This document shows, one piece after another, positions 1-12,271 of a stretch of 64,000 bases of DNA; position 1 is the first letter of the stretch, and every line of letters begins with the position of its first letter. Under the pieces are notes generated by a model. That model was not told the origin of the DNA. It saw only the letters and a list, made by a program, of their open reading frames with translations, and made no database searches. The DNA is from the human T2T-CHM13v2.0 reference genome, Homo sapiens: NCBI RefSeq assembly GCF_009914755.1, contig NC_060930.1; one strand, 5' to 3'. The position numbers were made by a program, and so were the translations under genes.

Positions 1-39
1 GGTGTTCTCTAATCTTTCTCCCATTTTGGTTATTCATAG

Positions 40-235
40 TGTATCACCACTATCTGAAATCACCTTGACTATTTGTCTAGGTGAATTATCTGTCTCCCCA
101 CGAGGATGTACACTTTATACTTACAAGGTCCTGTTCATCTCACTAGTCCCTGGTTCTTCCTGTCTAAAACAATACTAGGCCTGTAGTAGGAGCTCAGCGG
201 CTATTCAGGTCAATGAAAGGTATGAAGGGGTGACT
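40..235 (+). mobile_element. L2 LINE 3' end fragment
   Basis: tctgtctcccca...aacaatactaggcctgtagtaggagctcag...aatgaa resembles the L2 3' terminus. Confidence 0.55.
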
Positions 236-529
236 GAATAATGATTTAATGCAACAGGGTAGGACTTCAGGTGCCCTTGGCGGTCCTGTCATTAGCGGAG
301 TCATTGTGGAAAGAAATGTACCAGTGCTAACTAGAATTAAGCAGGTAAATAAAGCAGTCGATTTGTTAGGTTAATCCCTTGGCAATAGCTCTCAGTTTAT
401 TTTATGGGCACATTCTTATTTTATTTCATTATCATTTATTAGATTCAAAATATTATGAGAGCCTTGAGGACCCATTTAAAATAATCTCCACATCCACAGC
501 CATCGCAGATTATGACAATAAATGTGCTT

Positions 530-950
530 AATTGAATCATGAACTGTCACACTGACTCCGCTGCCCCACGCTGCGAGACTGTTGCACCCCCATGCTGGGA
601 GCTCAGTGACAATGCCAACATCGTGCACCTGTAGTGCAGGGAGTGGAGCCTGCCATGTCTTCACTGTCACGCAGATGGCAATGTCACAAGCACGGCCATT
701 GCTGTGAAATGCTACACAGCTAAGAGACAAATCCCAGCAGTGACGTGGCACATCTCAGAAGTGTAGCTTTGAGTGAGAAAATAAAAAGTAGGATATACCT
801 CATAGCAAAAAGTTGTTTATATAAATCAATAAACACACTCACAATAAACAGCACTGCATACCCCACCTGTAAATATGCATCTCCGAGCACACATCTGAAA
901 TGCGCCGGGGGGGATAAGTGAATGGGACGAGAAGTGGGGTGGGGGCAGGC
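530..950 (+). mobile_element. ancient L1M(E) 3' fragment, GC-shifted
   Basis: aaatgctacacagc...tctcagaagtgtagctttgagtgagaaaa...tttatataaat...aaacacac follows the order of the old L1 ORF2-end/3'UTR. Confidence 0.45.
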
Positions 951-2109
951 ACAGAGAGGAGACTAAAGACAGAACAGGAGCTAACCAGGGGCCGTGGTAG
1001 GGGAGCAGGGCCAGCGTCACCTCCTGCACCCGGGGCCTACAATGCCCTCACTCACTGGGAGGAACTGCATGTTGCAGGGAAAGTTGAGTTCCTCTATGAA
1101 ATAACTCGCTTCCATTAGAAGGTATTAAAGGTCCTCAGACTGGAACCTTCCTCAGCAAGCGGCAGTATACACAGGTAAGCACTTTTGTATTTTCTAAATA
1201 AACTAACAAAATGAACTCTAAATGGAGCCATTCCTCTCGGGGGAAAATGCCCCATTCTTAATAGCTTGACTTTTCGGCTGTTTCATTTTGATGGTTTATA
1301 ATTCAGTTAAACACATGTCCTGTCATACTGGGTTATGGCCGGGGATGTGAAGGTAATTTTCACTGGGTCCTTGAGTTCCTCATGTTTTGAATCTAACAGA
1401 TGATCATGGAATACGGCTGTGACCATAAAATGAATAGAGAGCTACAGTCAAAGAATTAGCCTGGCCATGCCTCTTCTTAGCGGTTAACTGTTGTGCAACA
1501 GAAGATGACTATTATTCAGTTAACAAACAAGGCCTAAGTGGGGTGTGAGCTCTGCACATCAGGAAGCTCTGTATGAATTCTAAATGAGGACAAAAGTGAA
1601 TCTTTGTAAAAATTATCATAAACAATTTGGGCTCATAATACAACTACACATTATGAATGAACACTAAGTATTTAAACTTTTGTTAAGAAAATTTTTATTC
1701 GTTAAGAAATGAAGGTAATGGACAGTGATCAGTAATACCATCTGATAATGAGGTCAGCCTCATGCTAGCTTCTGTATTCTGGGCTAGCCTAAGGCAGACG
1801 TGTGATCACCTCACATTTCTTTCCGTTGCTTTACCCGGCCTCGCCTAGGTTCCCCTCCTTTCCTCCTGTGTGCCTCCCCTGCTGCCTACACCCAGCCTTG
1901 ACTCTGCTGCTTCTCCCCTCCCAAGGCTGAGGGACCCTGACCACAATCATGCCTCAGACTCTGGGCTACCCTTTTTTCCTCTCTGTCTTGGATTTTATTT
2001 TCTGCTTTCTAAAGTATCATCATCATGCATTTTTTTCTGAGGTCATACTTTTTGGTGTCTAATGGAGAAGAATTGATAAAGATACTGAAGAAAACAGTAT
2101 CTACCAAAT

Positions 2110-2280
2110 TGGGTACTGTAAGTCCATTGCTAAATTAAGAACTTTACATATATTATTGCATGATTACCTCTATGGGAGAAAATATTATTCCTGCTTTACA
2201 GGTGAGAAAACTGAGACTCAGAGAAGATAAGTCACTTGGCCAAAGACACACAGTCAGTTAATATAGGAGCCAGGACGAGT
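2110..2280 (-). mobile_element. MIR SINE
   Basis: tttacaggtgagaaaactgagactcagagaagataagtcacttggccaaagacacacag is the reverse MIR core. Confidence 0.8.
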
Positions 2281-2319
2281 GCACACTCGTGAGCATTCTG
2301 TTAGAACACCAGGCATTTA

Positions 2320-2956
2320 AAAACATGAATGCAGAAAACCACATCAGTACGTACTCTGTGTGTGTGTGTGTGTGTGTGTTTGTCCCTGTGTATATACTTA
2401 TATACGTACATATTCATATATAGGGATTGGCTATAGGGACTTGGATTACACAACTGTGGGAACTCCTAAAGCAGCCTGTGTCAGGCTGCTATTATCAGGC
2501 TGAACCTGACACCGGGTCCTGAAGTTTAGAAGCCAGGCATTCAGGAAGGAACAATCACAAGCCTGACTGGAATCCCATTGGGATGGGCTGAAACCCATGT
2601 CCATTCCTGTTGCCTCTGACTTTGGTGTGAGCTTCCTGCAGAAGCTGCCCTTTTGCTAGTGCATTACACACACATATCTAGCCTGAAGTCAGAAGAGCTG
2701 AGAGAGAATCCAGTTTAAAAAAAAAAAAAAAAAAAAAAAAGCTGTTGCAGAACCAGCTGCTGCTTCACACCGATGCAGTGAGTCAGCGGATCAGCTGCAA
2801 GGGTGTGAGCTACTAAATGGCTGCTGCTTCCTCTCCATCTTCCAAGTCTCAAACAAACATTTTCTTGTGGTCTACCTTAAAAAGACACATACGAAAGGTG
2901 GCTTCAGAGGAATGTCATTCTGCCTGGCTATGTCAAGACGTTTCAAAGTCACTACA
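2320..2956 (-). mobile_element. ERVL solo LTR (LTR41/LTR16-like) with internal A24 tract at 2717-2740
   Basis: minus strand begins tgtagtgactttgaaacgtcttgacatagccaggcagaatgacattcc and includes gaagcagcagccattt, like old ERVL LTR 5' ends. Confidence 0.55.
2357..2379. repeat. (TG)n microsatellite
   Basis: about 11 perfect TG units. Confidence 0.95.
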
Positions 2957-3076
2957 ATCACATGAAACAGAACTATGTCAGAGTAGTGGGGACACTTCTA
3001 GATCTGGGGACACTCTTGCTGCATCTCAGAATTTTGTCTCATGTGAGTTCCCCCAACCATGCTTGTGCCACATGCC

Positions 3077-3978
3077 TTTCAACTTAAAAATGATAAGGTC
3101 TATAAATTTTGAAAGCCAACTTTATTTCTTACAGAGGGTTACAGCCTACGAGGTGCTCCTTCTGACAGGCTGGGAAGTATAGCCTCTGGCAGGGACCTTT
3201 AGCAGGCATTTCAAAGGAGAAAAGGTGAGACAGGAACTTATGCTGAAGGGGTTGGCTCAACATACATATTCAACAGATTATAGGAGGAGCGATGAATATT
3301 CATGAAGGTGTCCTGACCCATTGAACAAACATGCATATTACATATGACCCATATTTACTCTGAGGTGGAGACTTAACATTCAAATGCGTGACAATTAAGC
3401 CTTATATGTCACAGTGTGAAGTAGGGACACAGGCACTCGGTGCACAGCTGCTGTAAACCAGCCAGAACCAGTCCGTGGTCGGTGACCTCAACAGGAGACA
3501 GGTATTGAAATCAGCCCCTTGTCAATCAAAGCTATAGTTATGGCTGGTGGAGCAGGCGGTCAGTCCACGTTTCATGATTGGTAAGCTGCAGTTCCTTCAA
3601 CATTGCTTATCTCTTGGCCAGTGCTTGTTTAGCTGCTAGAGAAAAATAAAAGCCTTGTGTCGGTAAGAACATAGTTTACTCTTTTAGCGTAGGCTGCATG
3701 ACTTAACCCTTTCCTGGCATTGCCTTAGGTCCTATTGATAACTTGGCATTTTATTGCCACAAAGAGTCAGTCCTATCAGTCTTATGACCTCTATTTTAAC
3801 ATTAGTGCTGGTCAGCTGTTGTGTCTAAACCGCAAAAAGGAGTGGGTATAAGGAGGCGTGTCTAACCTCCCATCCCATCAGGGCTGAGAACTAACATGTA
3901 AAGTTTTCTCTGGGGTCCCCTTGGCCAAGAGGGGGTGGGTTAGTCGCAGGGGGCTGAGGATTTTATTTTTAGTTCTCA
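3077..3978 (-). mobile_element. ERV1 solo LTR, MER4 group (MER4D-like)
   Basis: minus strand starts tgagaactaaaaataaaatcctcagccccc (MER4-type 5' end); 4-bp TSD TGCC at 3073-3076 and 3979-3982. Confidence 0.8.
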
Positions 3979-3999
3979 TGCCATACTTGTTTACTCATT

Positions 4000-5030
4000 A
4001 GCATATTTCAAAATTTTTCTTATCTAAATGTACCTATATTTGAGAATATTTCTATGTCTTCATGTTTATCAGTTTTTTTTTCTTCTGTAACATGTGATCT
4101 TCCATAAATCCCACCCAGTACAGTTTTCATCTCAAATTATTGTTTTCACTTCTGGTAATCTGATTTGGGCCTTTTTGAAATCTTCCATCTCTCTTCTTAG
4201 CTTTTTGAACACATAGAGCATAGTTACAATAATGATTTTAATCATCTTATCTGCTATTTGTTCATTTTTATCAACTGTGGATGAGTTATGATCTCCTTTT
4301 CTCTGCATCATAAAACATGTTTTCTTGCTTCTCTTGATGTCTGGTAATTTTTGTCTCAGAGCTAGACATAGTTATTTTTCTTCTTATGGGACATGTTTGC
4401 CATCCTATTCTTGAGCTTTTCTGGGAGAGACAGTAAGTTACTTGAAAGCAGTTTGATTCTGAGCCATTTGAGTTTTGCTTTTTATATATTTTAGGAGAGA
4501 CCAGAGCAGTGCTTTGTCCAGCCCTTGATATTTCCCCCAGCTGGGCAAACCCCTTGTGCAGCCTCTCCAATGGGCTGTGCTTCTGAGGCCTTTCTGACTA
4601 GTGGGAAAAGGCACCATTCCAGGCCTGGGTGAGCTGTGGGCAGTGTTTCTCTCAATCCTTCCAGATGGTTCTCTCCCTGGGAGTAACTACCTTGGCCTCA
4701 GATGGTTTTTTCCCGTAGGCACATGCTGATTAATATTCTGTTGAATGCTGCAGGATTACGCTGGGCAGATCAGTGGAGTTCTCATTCTGGCTCTCTCATC
4801 TCAGGGACTCACTCCAGTAGCCTGCGTAGCCCCTTCGGTCTTCCTGAGGCCTCAGCTCTGCCTCCTCTGCTCAGGGAGTCACCAGGGTTCTTCTCGGTTT
4901 CCTCCTGTCTGGGCTGTGGCCTGGAACCCCCTCAAAGCAGCACCTTTGGGCCATTGTGGGGCTCAGTGTTTTTTACTGCACTCTCTCATGGGTCACTGCC
5001 CTTTGTTGCTCCATGTCCAGTGTCTCAAAA
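4000..5030 (-). mobile_element. old L1M 5'/ORF1-region fragments
   Basis: T-rich degenerate L1-like text (ttttcatctc...atttgggcctttttgaaatcttccatctctct...agttacttgaaagcagtttgat). Confidence 0.5.
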
Positions 5031-6399
5031 GCCATTTTAAATAGATTCCATCCCTCTTTTGGTAGGAGATGGATTAAATCCCTTTCATACACTTGAAGCA
5101 GAAGTTATCCACTGGTATATATTTGCATATGTGTTCTCCCTACCGGTTTTATCGAATGTATCCGAATCATGAATGCCGTGTGAGTCACACATTGTGAATC
5201 ATGAACTTAGTGATGGCCAAGTAATAGGTTCTCACACAGCCAACATGAGGTTGGTGGTAAAGACAAGGCCTCAGAAGTCTAAAGTTAACACACCTCTACT
5301 TTTATGACCAGCAGAGACTGCTCAAAACGTTCCTAACAATCACAACCACAACCACAACAACAAGACAAACCTACAAGTAGTCATCTAATTATTTTTCTGG
5401 AGTTTTAATACTACGACAACATTTAATGACTTTCTCTGTCTTAAGCAGAGGGTTGGGAAGTGATGCAGAATTTATCATTGGGATATGAGGTTTGTGCAAA
5501 TCGTATGGAGTGTGATGGAGGTTGTGGAGGCAAGCAGGCCAGATTTGGGCCCGAACTCTGCATTCCATGAAGTGGGACTTTGGTGGAGTCATAAAACATC
5601 AATAAGCTTCCACTTCTTTTCTGCAAATATAGCAGTATTGCCTGCCATGCAAGGCTGTTGCAAACACTGAGAAAATATATAAATCTCCTATACAGTAAGA
5701 TCTCTAACAATGTTAACTACTACTGAATAATATTGCTATTGATTTAATATTTAATACTATCGCTATTTTATTTGTAATATTGCCATTATTTATAATTTTA
5801 TTACTAATAATCAAACACAACTCAAAATCAGAGAAAATATTTTTCCCAGAAACGTTTTCACTTTGCATACCTATGACCAGCAGAGGCTGCTCAAATCATG
5901 AACTTACTAATGCATCCAAAGTCCCACGTCATGGAAATATTCTCAGGATTTGTCATTGTTCATGGTTTTTCCCTCATAGGCCATAACTACTCCTCATTGT
6001 TGTCCAAGTGGGACTGAGAGTTCCTTTCCACTTTGTCTGCAGGGTCTTCAAAGGCGTCCTTAGAAAAAGATTAATTCCAGTGTTTCTTATGCATGATCAT
6101 TTGATTTTATTCCCCTATGCCCAAGCGTTAAGATGTTTTTTATTTTTTTTTCCTATTGGATCAAGTAGGCTATGTCCCAGTGTATAAATCTCACTTATTA
6201 CACATAAATAAACTTAAAATATGATTGAAATCTCTATATGTGCTTTCCACTGCGTCAGACGGAAGTTTGGAGACAGAAGTGGTTGAACACAGGTCAGACG
6301 AATCATACGCCCTTCGCCCTTCGCCCTCCCTACCTCAGAGGTCGGATGTGGTGATCGGGGCTTTCCACATGTCTGAAATGTCTGACATGGATGTGGTTT

Positions 6400-7340
6400 T
6401 TTTAAGCAAACTTCTTAGAACTCTGTTTTATTTTACATTTACAGAAAAACTGAGAAAGCAGTACTGGAATCCCACAAGCCCCACACCACTTTCTGCTGCC
6501 GTGAACGTTTTTCCTGGTGTGGTGCATCTGCCTCAGTCATAGAAGCAGTGTTGGTAATCAGCATCGTGGAGGCGGCGTCGGTGGTCAGCGTCGTGGAGGT
6601 GGCGTCGGTGGTCAGCATCGTGGAGGCCAGGTCAGTGGTCAGCGTCGTGGAGGTGGCGTCGGTGGTCAGCGTCGTGGAGGCCAGGTCAGTGGTCAGCGTC
6701 GTGGAGGTGGCGTCGGTGGTCAGCGTCGTGGAGGCCAGGTCAGTGGTCAGCGTCGTGGAGGTGGCGTCGGTGGTCAGCGTCGTGGAGGCCAGGTCAGTGG
6801 TCAGCGTCGTGGAGGTGGCGTCGGTGGTCAGCGTCGTGGAGGCCAGGTCAGTGGTCAGCGTCGTGGAGGTGGCATCGGTAGTCAGTGTGGTGGAGGCAGC
6901 GTTGGTAATCAGCGTTGTGGAGGCCACGTTGGTAGAGTCATGGAGGCAGTGTCGGTAATCAGCGTTGTGGAGGCAGCGTCGTTAGTCAGCGTCATGGAGG
7001 CGGCGTTGGTGGTCACTGTCGTGGAGGCCACGTTGATAGCATCATGGAGGCAGCGTCGGTAGCGTCGTGGGGGCGGTGTCGGTAGTCAGCGTCATGGAGG
7101 CAGTGTCGGTAGCGTCGTGGAGGCCGCGTCGGTGTTCAGCGTCGTGGAGGCCACATTGGTGGCGTCATGGAGGCGGCATTGGTAGTCAGCGTCGTGGAGG
7201 CGGCATCGGTAGTCAGCGTCATGGAGGCAGTGTTGATAATCAACATCAGCTCAGGGCGTCCTTGATCCGCGTCCCCTCAGTCTTCCCTCCTGTGCAGGAT
7301 CCCACGTGACACTTAGTCCTCATGTCTCCGCAGCTTCCTC
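6400..7340 (-). mobile_element. old L1MC/MD 3' fragment split by the 27-bp VNTR
   Basis: left part ttttacatttacagaaaaactgagaaagcagtac...tcccac and right part caggatcccacgtgacacttagtcctcatgtctcc...ctgtgacagttt continue the same reverse L1 3'UTR. Confidence 0.55.
6537..7247. repeat. 27-bp CpG-rich minisatellite (GTCGGTGGTCAGCGTCGTGGAGGTGGC) with 54-bp dimer core
   Basis: direct tandem repetition; 9-aa periodicity in the overlapping ORFs; alternating GTGGCGTCG/GCCAGGTCA variants; shorter degenerate units on the right. Confidence 0.97.
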
Positions 7341-7461
7341 TGCTCTGTGACAGTTTGATGTGCTCTTTTCAAAGAATGTGTTTCAGATTCTTCTTAATTA
7401 TTCCAAAAGCCCATTATCTAAAGTGGAATTCTAAATTTCCCTTTAAGAAATAAATAGCCAG

Positions 7462-8107
<646 letters not shown>

Positions 8108-8189
8108 CTGAAGTCCCATCTGACTTTGTTTTGTAAAGTAGACATTTATCTAACCCTTGCTGTGGTTGTTTGAGTTGCAGAGCAGCGAT

Positions 8190-8405
8190 GATCCTCCCAG
8201 GTGAGGAGCCGTGTCCTCTGTCCTCCTAGGTGGGAGGCGGGGTCTTCTCTGTCCTCCCACATGGGGAGCAGGGTCTTCTCTGTCTTCCCGGGTGGGGAGC
8301 AGGGGTCCTCTCTGTCCTCCTGAGTGGGGAGCAGGATCTTCTGTCCTCCTAGGTGGGGACTGGGGTCCTCTCTGTCCTCCCGGGTGGGGAGCGGGGTCCT
8401 CTCTG
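8190..8405. repeat. ~30-bp degenerate GC-rich minisatellite (~7 copies), followed by a CT-rich tract to ~8520
   Basis: recurring ctctgtcctcc..ggtggggagc.ggg(g)tc. Confidence 0.85.
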
Positions 8406-8672
8406 CAGCTCTCCCTGTCTCTGTCTGCCCGCTCTCCACCTCTCCTGCTTTCTTGTGCTCTTCCTCTTCCCTGCTTCTCTCCTCTTCCTTCTTTTCTTCT
8501 CCCTGCTTCTCTCTTTGTCTGACTTGCCCCTTCTCAGGAGTGCATATCCTCACACAATCTCCACCACAAGCATGTTCTGGTATTTCAGAATTTTTTTTTT
8601 TTAGCCAAATCTTCAAAATTCCGTAAACTTTGGTTTCCTTGAGTCAAAAATGTAGAAGATTCTAATACTCGT

Positions 8673-9216
8673 TGTGATAGTACTGAGTGCCAACTTGACT
8701 GGATTGAAGGGCACAAAGTATTGTCCTGGCTGTGTCCATGAGGGTGTTGCCAAAGGAGATTACCATTTGAGTCAGTGGGCTGGGAGAGGCAGACCCACCC
8801 TCAGTCTGGGTGGCCACCATCTAATCAGCCGCTGGCTTGGCTAGGATAAAAGCAGGCAGAGGAACGTGGAAGGACTGGACTGGCTGAGTCTTCCTGCCTC
8901 CATCTTTCTCCCGTGCTGGATGCTTCCTGCCCTCGAACATCAGACTCCAAGTTCTTCAGCTTTTGGACTCTTGGACCTTGGACTTACACTAGTGGTTTGC
9001 CAGGGGCTCTCGTGCCTTCGGCCACAGACTGAAGGCTGCACTGTCGGTTTCCCTACTTTTGAGGTTTGGGACTTGGACTGGCTTCCTTGCTCCTCAGCTT
9101 GCAGATGGTCTATTGTGGGACTTCACCTTCTGATTGTGTGAGTTAATTCTCCTAATAAACTCCCTTTCATGTATACATCTATCCTACTAGTCCTCTAGAG
9201 AACCCTCACTAATACA
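8673..9216 (+). mobile_element. MLT2A (MLT2A2-like) HERV-L solo LTR
   Basis: tgtgatagtactgagtgccaacttgactggattgaaggg ... aataaactccc ... ctctagagaaccctcactaataca; TG..CA termini. Confidence 0.92.
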
Positions 9217-10091
9217 CTCACCTTGGCGAGTTATTGAGAGAATTAAGTCAAATAACAGAATCAAAAGACTGACTCATGTCAGGAGCTGAAAGATCCAGTT
9301 CCTTCTCTCATTCACGCTCAGATTCCCTCATCTCCTGCAGCACCAAAGGCATGGGCGGCTCCCCTGTAGCACACAGGTAAATTGCAATTACGTGATCTCA
9401 CACTGCCCACTGAATCCGGCAAAGGCTTAAACTTAGAACCCACTTTTTCTGTCTTCACTGCCCGCTGCCATGTACGTCCCTCTAGGACACTTCATTTCAG
9501 CTTACATCCTGAAACTCTCAGCTAGCAATTGTCTTCCCTGCCTCAGTTCTCCATTGTGATCAGCATGCCCTGGGCCTCCCCCAGGTTCCCTTCCTTCCCA
9601 TCATTGGGTGCGTTCCTGCTTAGCGCCTTATCCCAGCTGCTCCTCACACCCTCACCTTTTTCCAGATAGATCTTCCTCTTCTGCACAGGCTCCTCCCGGC
9701 TTCTCATCTGTTCTGAAAGCCAGCACGATTCCACGATCCTCAGATCACATTGCACACCGAAGACCCCAGTGATCACCTACTGCCTGGAATCTTCGCCTTG
9801 CACCCCCACCCTCCTGTTCCTGCCTATCCAACATGGATTTCCTTACAGCACTGGCCTAGAACAAAATCAACCTGCAGCTTTCAGTAATTCCATTTCTTCT
9901 GACTCAATGAAAACATGGATGCAGCTCTGTCTTCATCCAGGACAGGCCCCTCCTGCACTTGAATGACTTTGTGTACTTCTCAATGTCCTGTCCTGTTGAG
10001 TTTGCTTCGATTTCTATTTGTCTAATGAAATCAGTTCAACATTTTTGGAAAGGATTCCTACATTCCACACATAGTGCTGAGGGTAGGATCT

Positions 10092-10475
10092 CTGCTGAAA
10101 GCCACACCTGCTCAGGCCTACCTGCTGAAAGCCACACCTGCTCAGGCCTACCTGCTGAAAGTCACACCTGCTCAGGTCACCTGCTGAAAGCCACACCTGC
10201 TCAGGTCACCTGCTGAAAGCCGCACCTGCTCAGGTCACCTGCTGACAGCCGCACCTGCTCAGGTCACCTGCTGACAGCCGCACCTGCTCAGGTCACCTGC
10301 TGACAGCCGCACCTGCTCAGGTCACCTGCTGAAAGCCGCACCTGTACAGGTCACCTGCTGAAAGCCCCACCTGCTCAGGTCACCTGCTGAAAGCCGCCCC
10401 TGCTCAGGTCACCTGCTGAAAGCCGCACCTGTACAGGTCACCTGCTGAAAGCCCCACCTGCTCAGGTCACCTGCT
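10092..10475. repeat. 29-bp minisatellite (CCTGCTGAAAGCCRCACCTGCTCAGGTCA), ~13 copies
   Basis: ctcaggtcac recurs at 10171 and 10200; the first copies are 30 bp. Confidence 0.97.
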
Positions 10476-11116
10476 TCCTGTGCTGCAGGAAGACAGAGGG
10501 GGCTTCTACTTTCATCCGGCCTTCCACATGCCATGCAGTGCATCTCATTCATGGGTTCTTATTGCCATCCACAATCTGCCGGCAAGGAAATTTGGAAAGT
10601 CTCCCCAGGTTTACATCTGTGTGATCTAAGGGGAAGCACGAGTCCTGCCGGAGAACTGAGCCCCAGCTCCCTAAGCCACTTGTGTCTTTCCACTCCCTAC
10701 CCCAGTTGGTGCAGGGTCGTGTTTGTCAGTTGTGGAATGGGTGTCCTGGGAGGCACAGTGTTGTTTTAGTGCTGAGGGGACTGCCCCCTCTTTCACTAGC
10801 AAATGTTTAGGCAACATCGTAAGCGTTTCTCATGCAACAGCCCATTAATGTTCACATGAACCTGATTATGTAATGACTTAGTGACAAGGATTTTCTATTA
10901 CAAACAGGAAGAGGGGGCTTCAGAGGTGAAGGCCCTGCCTGAGAGCACAGGACTGCTAAGTCTGGGCAGATGGAAGCAGGATGAGCCCACGGGACCTTTG
11001 CATCTAACCACTGCACGAAGCCCGGCCCTCCAAGAGTGGTGACTTGGGGAGACACCCCAGTGTGGTAGACCCCATGACAGAACCAGAGGAGAGTGGGAAA
11101 CACCATGTTTGCCAGC

Positions 11117-11560
11117 CATGAGGAACCATCCAGAGAATAACGGCGGCTCCCCAGGACAGAGACGTGCACACTGGAGCCGCCGGGCACCGTCATGAGGAAC
11201 CATCCAGAGAATAATGGCGGCTCCCCCGGACAGAGACGTGCACACTGGAGCCGCCGGGCACCGTCATGAGGAACCATCCAGAGAATAACGGCGGCTCCCC
11301 AGGACAGAGACGTGCACACAGGAGCCGCCGGGCACCGTCATGAGGAACCATCCAGAGAATAACGGTGGCTCCCCCGGACAGAGACGTGCACACTGGAGCC
11401 GCCGGGCACCGTCATGAGGAACCATCCAGAGAATAATGGCGGCTCCCCCGGACAGAGACGTGCACACTGCAGCCGCCGGGCACCGTCATGAGGAACCATC
11501 CAGAGAATAATGGCGGCTCCCCCGGACAGAGACGTGCACACTGGAGCCGCCGGGCACCGT
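11117..11560. repeat. 74-bp minisatellite, 6 copies
   Basis: identical ORF starts every 74 bp (11245, 11319, 11393, 11467, 11541); 444 bp = 6 x 74. Confidence 0.98.
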
Positions 11561-12271
11561 GAGCTCTGCTTTCGAGAGTGCTTGACATCTGGTCGCAGGG
11601 TGATTGTATTTTCTGTTACTCTTTTTATTCAGTGTAAGGTTTTCTTCTCCTTTTTATAGTCCTCTACTGAGTCCCTGGTTATCCTTGACTTAGAGCAATT
11701 CCATATCACATAGATCTCCAAATTCCCCAGACTAGAAAATGTGCTTTTGAACAAATTGTGTGGCTTTACTAGAGCATGATAATTGGCAAAAAGAAAACTT
11801 GGAAGACTCAGGGCCCAAAAGCCTGACAATCACAAATCAATCTCCGTAGTTTTTGTCCACCCATTGTGGCAAAGGGAGAATCTGAACTGCGGTCTTGAAA
11901 CCAGTGGCTGATGTGAAGCCCCTTGGGACGCAGTGGTGAGGGGCTCCTGCGTCAGAGTCATCTGGCTGCACTTCCGGTGCTACATGACCTTAGGGGAGTC
12001 ACCAGGACTCCCCAAATAACGCCAACACCTCCAGCACGGAAGAGGGGGTGTTGGTAGTGACTACAGCATGATGACTAGTGGCACCAAACACTTTGCCACG
12101 CGGAATGAGCAGGGCAGTCCGTGGACACCCACGTGGTGTGGTATGTTCTTGAATGAGCCCAGATCATCGGTCCCCCCCCCATCCACAGAGCATTCAGACA
12201 TCAGATCTTCTTACACGATTCACCCACACTGGAACAGAGGAGGCTGCTGTATTATTTTTGCTTGAAAGTGA

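Noticed and set aside
812-852. Forkhead motif cluster (TGTTTAT/ATAAACA)
   Set aside because: It lies in probable A-rich L1 3'UTR debris where such words are expected.
1172-1180. Isolated strong splice donors (CAG/GTAAGC here; minus-strand ones near 24605 and 25302)
   Set aside because: No matching coding exon or consistent exon chain could be built; such 9-mers occur by chance in 64 kb.
10852-11541. Family of near-identical ORFs (MCTSLSGG...)
   Set aside because: They are frame-shifted translations of the 74-bp VNTR, not paralogous genes.
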